Positions 55,742 to 59,782 of a stretch of DNA of 59,782 nt are shown here, in pieces. The first letter of the stretch is position 1. Each line of letters starts with the position of its first letter. Source of the DNA: Chloroflexota bacterium (GTDB taxonomy: Bacteria > Chloroflexota > Dehalococcoidia > UBA2979); the NCBI GenBank assembly GCA_009839925.1, contig VXOS01000050.1, positions 1 to 59,782 on the forward strand, written 5' to 3'. A model generated the notes under the pieces. The model worked only from the letters and a program-made list of their open reading frames with translations, did not search any database and was not told the origin of the DNA. The translations under genes were made by a program, and so were the position numbers.

Positions 55742-56742
55742 CAGGTCTGAGGCGCCTCGAGCGCGTCCGGTGGCAGCACGGAGATCGGGATCGGCTCCAC
55801 CTCGGCGTCGTCGAGCGAGACGGCGACGACGCGGTTCGAGATGCGGCGGACCATGCGCGAGAGCACGTGCCCGGGCCCGACCTCTATGAAGGTCTGGACG
55901 CCCTGACTGGTCATCTCGCGCACGTTGCCTTCCCAGAAGACCGGCGCGCGCAGCTGCTCGGAGAACTCCTCGCGCAGTTCCGCCGCGGTGCGCAGCGGGC
56001 GCGAGGTGCGGTTGGAGACAATCGGACGCACGGGGTCGCTGATTGGCACGCCCTTGATGATCGCGGCGAACTCCTCGGCCTGCTCGTTGTGCAGCGGCGT
56101 GTGGCTGGAGACCTTCACCTTGAGGCGGATCACCCGGCCCTGCAGCTCGCGGGCTCGCTCCATCGCGCGCTCGAGGGCGGTGACGTCGCCGCTGATCACG
56201 GTCTGCGTCATGAGGTTGTGGTTGGCGATGTCGACGCGGTCCGCGGTGGAGAGCGTCGCGCCCTCGCAGATCTCCTGCACCAGCTCGCCGTCGAGGCCGA
56301 TGATCGAGGCCATGCCGACGGGGCGGCCCTCGTTGAAGCTGCTCATCAGGCGCGAGCGTTCCAGCACCACCAGCAGCGCGTCGCGGAAGGTCAGCGCCTC
56401 GCTCGCGACGGCGGCGCCGAACAGGCCGAGCGAGTGGCCGCCGAAGAGGCGCGGCTGGATCGAGCGACGCACCTCGGCAAGCTTCTCGCGCATGCTGCGG
56501 AAGATCGCCGTCGAGGTGGTCAGCACCGCGGGCTGCGTGAAGCGCGTCTCCGCCAGCGCGTCGGCGTCGCCCTCGAAGCAGACTCGCGCGACATCGATGC
56601 CCGTCACGTCGCTCGCCTCCTCGAAGGCGAGGCGTGCCTCAGCCGAGTGCTCGTGCACGAGGCGGCCCATGCCGGGCGACTGGGAGCCCTGGCCGGGGAA
56701 GACGATCGCGACCGGATCGTGGCCCGTGGCGCTGCTGGTCAT
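55741..56742 (-). CDS. fabD: malonyl-CoA:ACP transacylase
   Basis: IVFPGQGSQSPGMG and GHSLGLFGA (active Ser) motifs. The stop shares one nt with the downstream ATG. Confidence 0.9.
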   Translation of the reverse strand: MTSSATGHDPVAIVFPGQGSQSPGMGRLVHEHSAEARLAFEEASDVTGIDVARVCFEGDADALAETRFTQPAVLTTSTAIFRSMREKLAEVRRSIQPRLFGGHSLGLFGAAVASEALTFRDALLVVLERSRLMSSFNEGRPVGMASIIGLDGELVQEICEGATLSTADRVDIANHNLMTQTVISGDVTALERAMERARELQGRVIRLKVKVSSHTPLHNEQAEEFAAIIKGVPISDPVRPIVSNRTSRPLRTAAELREEFSEQLRAPVFWEGNVREMTSQGVQTFIEVGPGHVLSRMVRRISNRVVAVSLDDAEVEPIPISVLPPDALEAPQT

Positions 56743-56949
56743 GGCGTTCGCTCGATCCTCACACGCGGCCGCCCGCGAGCGGTCCGGATTGCCCGCGCGA
56801 CGGCAGTGGAGTCGGGTCGGTCTTCACCGCTGGACGCCCCCCTCGCGGTTCGATCCCGCCACCGCGCCCACGCGTAGCCTCGACATGGTAGAGGTTACCC
56901 GCCTCTGCCCGTCAAGCGCATCGCGGACGGCCTCGTGCGGATTGTGCAA

Positions 56950-58518
56950 CTAGCCGTCGAGCGCCTTGCGCGTATCGGGCAGCGCGCGCAGCAGATCCTG
57001 CGCGATCGCCGTCGAGGCCCCCACCGCCGACTCCAGCTGGCGCCCGCACTCCGTGTGCAGGTAGACGCCCGTCGCGGCCGCGTCGTAGGGGTCCATCCCC
57101 TGCGCGATCAGCGAGACGATGAAGCCCGCCAGCACGTCGCCCGTCCCGGCCGTCGCAAGGACGGCGCTGGCGAACTCGGAGAGCCGCGCACGCCCGTCCG
57201 GGTGCGCGACGATCGTGCCCGCGCCCTTCAGCACCACCACGCTGCCCGTGCGCTGCGCGTACTCCGTGGCGGCAGTGAGCCGGTCCGCCTGCACCTCGTC
57301 GACGCTCGTGCCGAGCAGCCGGGCCATCTCGCCCGGGTGCGGCGTGAGCACGCGAGGCACGGACAGGCCCTCGTGCCAGTCCGGGATCTCCGAGAGCGCG
57401 TTCAGCGCGTCCGCGTCGATCACCACCGCTTGCAGTCCCTCGACGGCGTCGATGCCGCCGAGCACGCCGCGCACGAAGTCGGCAGTACCCGGCGAGTTCG
57501 TCAGGCCGGGGCCGATCAGCAGCGCCTCGCGGCCATCGAGGGCGGCCAGCAGCTCGGCAGCCGAGTCGCCGTCCGCGGCGCCGTTCGCGCCCTCGCCCGC
57601 CGGCAGCGGGTGGTGCGTAACCTCCGGCGACATCCCGGCGAACAGCGGCTGGATCGACTCAGGCGCGGCGAGCACGATCAGGCCGGCTCCCGCGCGCAGC
57701 GCCGACTCCGAGGCGAGCCGGGCCGCCCCGGGGTAGAACTTCGAGCCGGCGGCGATGACAGCCGTGCCGAAGGTGCCCTTGTGTGCGTCGTCGGAGCGGA
57801 ACGGCATCAAGCCCTGGAGATCGCGCATCCGGATCTCCTCGTAGGGCAGGTCATCGCCCGCGCCCTCGGGCAATCCGATCTCGACCTCCGCGATCGTGCC
57901 CGCGATCGCGCGGGCGGGCATCGCGAACAGCCCCACCTTCGCGAAGCCGAGCGCGACCGTCGTGTCCGCGCGCACCACCGCCGGATCCGCCGTGCCCGTG
58001 TTCGGATTCACGCCCGAGGGCACATCGACCGCCACGAGGTGCGGACGCAACGTGCGGTCGGCGCGCGCGTCGGCGAGGCGGTCGAGTACGTCCTTGATCG
58101 GTCCGTCGATGGGGCGGTTCAACCCCGTGCCGAGCAGCGCGTCGACGATGCCCTGCGCGCCGCGCATGGCCTGCACGAGCTGCTCGCAGCCGGGGTCGTC
58201 CGCCGCCGAGAGCACCTCGATCTCCGCATCGACGACGCGCTGCAGCAGCGGGTCGTCGGCCGGGCGGTCGCCCACGAGGTAGACGGCGGACTCGGCGCCC
58301 CACTCCTTGAGGCTGACGGCCGAGACCAGTCCGTCGCCGCCGTTCGAGCCGGGCCCGACGAGGACGATGGCCGTGCGGCCCTCGACGGCGCCCATGTTGA
58401 TCCACGTCTCCTGGGCGACGGCGACGCCGGCGGCCTCCATCAGCTCCGCCTCGCTCGTGCCCGCCCCCACGGCGGCCGCCTCCAGGGCGCGCATTTGCTC
58501 GACCGTGACCAGCTTCAT
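56950..58518 (-). CDS. nnr: bifunctional NAD(P)H-hydrate repair enzyme (epimerase / ADP-dependent dehydratase)
   Basis: Internal ATG at 58518. The YjeF-N part shows LVGPGSNGGDG. The C-terminal kinase-fold part shows HKGTFG, LKGAGT and ATAGTGDVLAG. Confidence 0.85.
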   Translation of the reverse strand: MKLVTVEQMRALEAAAVGAGTSEAELMEAAGVAVAQETWINMGAVEGRTAIVLVGPGSNGGDGLVSAVSLKEWGAESAVYLVGDRPADDPLLQRVVDAEIEVLSAADDPGCEQLVQAMRGAQGIVDALLGTGLNRPIDGPIKDVLDRLADARADRTLRPHLVAVDVPSGVNPNTGTADPAVVRADTTVALGFAKVGLFAMPARAIAGTIAEVEIGLPEGAGDDLPYEEIRMRDLQGLMPFRSDDAHKGTFGTAVIAAGSKFYPGAARLASESALRAGAGLIVLAAPESIQPLFAGMSPEVTHHPLPAGEGANGAADGDSAAELLAALDGREALLIGPGLTNSPGTADFVRGVLGGIDAVEGLQAVVIDADALNALSEIPDWHEGLSVPRVLTPHPGEMARLLGTSVDEVQADRLTAATEYAQRTGSVVVLKGAGTIVAHPDGRARLSEFASAVLATAGTGDVLAGFIVSLIAQGMDPYDAAATGVYLHTECGRQLESAVGASTAIAQDLLRALPDTRKALDG

Positions 58519-58558
58519 GGGTGTGTCCCCTCGTTGCGCCCTCTTCGGCGCGTGACGC

Positions 58559-59002
58559 TCACTGTAGCCGCCCGGAGGCGCGCAGCCGCTCGACCAGCCT
58601 CGCCCGCGCGACATCGTGCTCCTGCTCGCGGCGCTCCTGCGCGGAGACCACGACGGCGACCGCGAAGTCGGCGAGGTGGCTCAGCGAGATATCGATCGCA
58701 TGCAGCCCGATCGCCTCGGCGCGCGCCTCGGCGCCCCCGTAGAGGTAGACGAGCGGCTTGCCGCGCCGGTCCGGGAGCACCTCGATGTCGCGCCAGGCGA
58801 CAGAACGCGCTCCCGTGCCGAGCGCCTTCATCACCGCCTCCTTCGCCGCGAAGCGGGCTGCCAGCTCCGGCACACGGCCCCGGCAGAACGCAACTTCCTC
58901 GGGCGTATAGACGCGATCGAGGAAGCGGCGAGGATGGCGCTGCAAGACGCGCGCGACGCGAGTGATCTCGATCATGTCGACGCCGACGGCGTGCGTACTC
59001 AC
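58559..59002 (-). CDS. acpS: holo-[acyl-carrier-protein] synthase
   Basis: GTG at 59002 gives (M)STHAVGVDMIEITRV..., which matches the GxDxxEIxR start of AcpS. FAAKEAVMKALG and SLSH follow. Confidence 0.8.
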   Translation of the reverse strand: MSTHAVGVDMIEITRVARVLQRHPRRFLDRVYTPEEVAFCRGRVPELAARFAAKEAVMKALGTGARSVAWRDIEVLPDRRGKPLVYLYGGAEARAEAIGLHAIDISLSHLADFAVAVVVSAQERREQEHDVARARLVERLRASGRLQ

Positions 59003-59059
59003 GGCGCGCGATTCTAGCACGCGGGGGCCGCTATACTCTCCGCCCGTGAGGGTAAACCC

Positions 59060-59755
59060 GTGACCGCCGACAGAATCGACGGCGCCGCGATCGCCGCGGC
59101 GATCCGCGGCGAGGTCGCCGATCGCGTGCGCGCGCACGTCGCGGCCGGCGGAACGACGCCGCAACTGACCGCCGTCCTCGTCGGCGACGACCCCGCCTCG
59201 GCCACCTACGTCCGCAACAAGGCGCGCGCCTGCGAGGAGGTCGGCCTCGAGGCGCAGACGCTCACCCCGCCCGCCGACATCTCGCAGGACGAGCTGCTGG
59301 AGATCGTGCGCGGGCTCAACGCCGACCCGGCCGTCTCGGGCATCCTCGTGCAGCTTCCGCTCCCGCCGCAGCTCGACGAGCGAGTCATCACCGAGGCGGT
59401 CGACCCCGCGAAGGACGTGGACGGGCTGCACCCGGTGAACCTCGGGCGACTCGTGCAGGGCGAGCCGCACCTCGTGCCCGCGACACCGGCCGGCGTCCAG
59501 CAGCTGCTGCTCCGCACCGGCGTGGACCCGGCGGGCAAGCGCGTCGTCGTCGTCGGCCGCTCGACGCTGGTCGGCAAGCCGCTGGCGCTGCTGCTGGGGC
59601 AGAAGGCGGAGGGCGCGAACGCGACGGTCACGCTGGCGCACACCGGCACGAGCGACCTCGCCGCCGTCACCCGCGAGGCCGAGATCCTCGTCGTGGCGGC
59701 GGGCTGGCCGAACACCGTGACGGCCGAGATGGTGCGGCCGGGGGGGGGGGGGTAA
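59060..59755 (+). CDS. folD: methylenetetrahydrofolate dehydrogenase / methenyl-THF cyclohydrolase, 3' end corrupted
   Basis: YVRNKARACEEVG, VQLPLP, DVDGLHPVNLG and VVVVGRSTLVGKP motifs. The ORF ends as ...MVRPGGGG* inside a 13-G run (59740-59752), where FolD normally continues for roughly 50 more residues. Confidence 0.8.
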   Translation: MTADRIDGAAIAAAIRGEVADRVRAHVAAGGTTPQLTAVLVGDDPASATYVRNKARACEEVGLEAQTLTPPADISQDELLEIVRGLNADPAVSGILVQLPLPPQLDERVITEAVDPAKDVDGLHPVNLGRLVQGEPHLVPATPAGVQQLLLRTGVDPAGKRVVVVGRSTLVGKPLALLLGQKAEGANATVTLAHTGTSDLAAVTREAEILVVAAGWPNTVTAEMVRPGGGG

Positions 59756-59782
59756 AAACAGAGCAACCACCCCCTCCACCAC

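Noticed and set aside
56838-56876. A tRNA/tmRNA-like T-arm, GGACG...CGCGGTTCGATCCCGCCACCGCGCCCA, in the nnr-fabD spacer.
   Set aside because: I cannot build an acceptor stem (no complementary 5' strand within 70-95 nt), a D arm or an anticodon arm. There is also too little room for a tmRNA. At most it is a relic of a tRNA-type 3' end such as an old integration site. Running tRNAscan-SE or ARAGORN would settle it.
59740-59782. A 13-G homopolymer followed by TAAAAACAGAGCAACCACCCCCTCCACCAC at the window end, which could be read as a G-quadruplex or regulatory tract.
   Set aside because: It truncates folD in mid-domain (..MVRPG then GGGG*) exactly at the contig end. Poly-G at read or contig termini is a typical two-colour-chemistry sequencing or assembly artefact, so it is treated as non-biological.
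1-59782. Search for mobile-element boundaries (transposase, integrase, terminal inverted repeats, target-site duplications) around the 34187-40913 insert and the 50.8-51.5 kb patch.
   Set aside because: No recombinase-like ORF and no flanking direct or inverted repeats were found by eye. The foreign-DNA idea rests only on local GC and synteny arguments, so no mobile element is annotated.

Overview
This is a 59.8-kb, very GC-rich (about 70% by eye) chromosomal segment. It is densely coded, with many overlapping stop/start junctions and frequent GTG/TTG starts. No transposase, integrase, phage gene, CRISPR array or rRNA was recognised. The lineage cannot be fixed from this window. T-box use and gene content fit a Chloroflexota (Thermomicrobia-like) or other high-GC bacterium, but that is inference only.

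Layout:
- 1-371: ABC ATPase fragment and tRNA-Arg(TCT).
- 0.5-15.3 kb: a thiolase-like gene and ppk1, then a metabolic cluster of three family-III CoA-transferases, an LLM monooxygenase, a nitronate-monooxygenase-like enzyme, a nitroreductase, and a peptide-type ABC binding protein with two permeases.
- 15.3-24.4 kb: cell-envelope and secreted proteins (SH3-bearing DD-carboxypeptidase, SLT-like and TolB-like proteins, M50 protease) plus small hydrolases.
- 24.5-45.2 kb: an aromatic amino-acid supra-operon. The order is tyrA-aroA-gmk, a Trp T-box and a WWW leader peptide, trpE, a Nudix-like/DinB gene, trpG, a retropepsin-like gene, trpD-trpC-trpF, a 6.7-kb insert, then trpB, a CPBP gene, trpA-aroH and a DAHP synthase.
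- 45.2-59.8 kb: scpA, ribF, tyrS, an EF-G paralogue, recJ, fabD / Cys-less KS / fabF, nnr, acpS and folD. folD is cut off by a poly-G artefact at the contig end.

The most unusual content is the 6.7-kb insert that splits the trp genes. It holds a 111-aa protein that is about one-third histidine, built from six HECDEHEHH repeats. Next to it is a ~300-bp low-GC spacer with two 45-nt direct repeats, each carrying a palindrome. Then comes a sigma-less partner-switching module (STAS, REC-PP2C, RsbW-like kinase) coupled to a periplasmic binding protein and a HAMP histidine kinase.

Other points worth follow-up are the tandem T-box plus Trp-leader control of trpE and a catalytic-Cys-less ketosynthase translationally coupled to fabF. 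I see no clear-cut novel defence or mobile system, and all functional calls rest on hand-recognised motifs.
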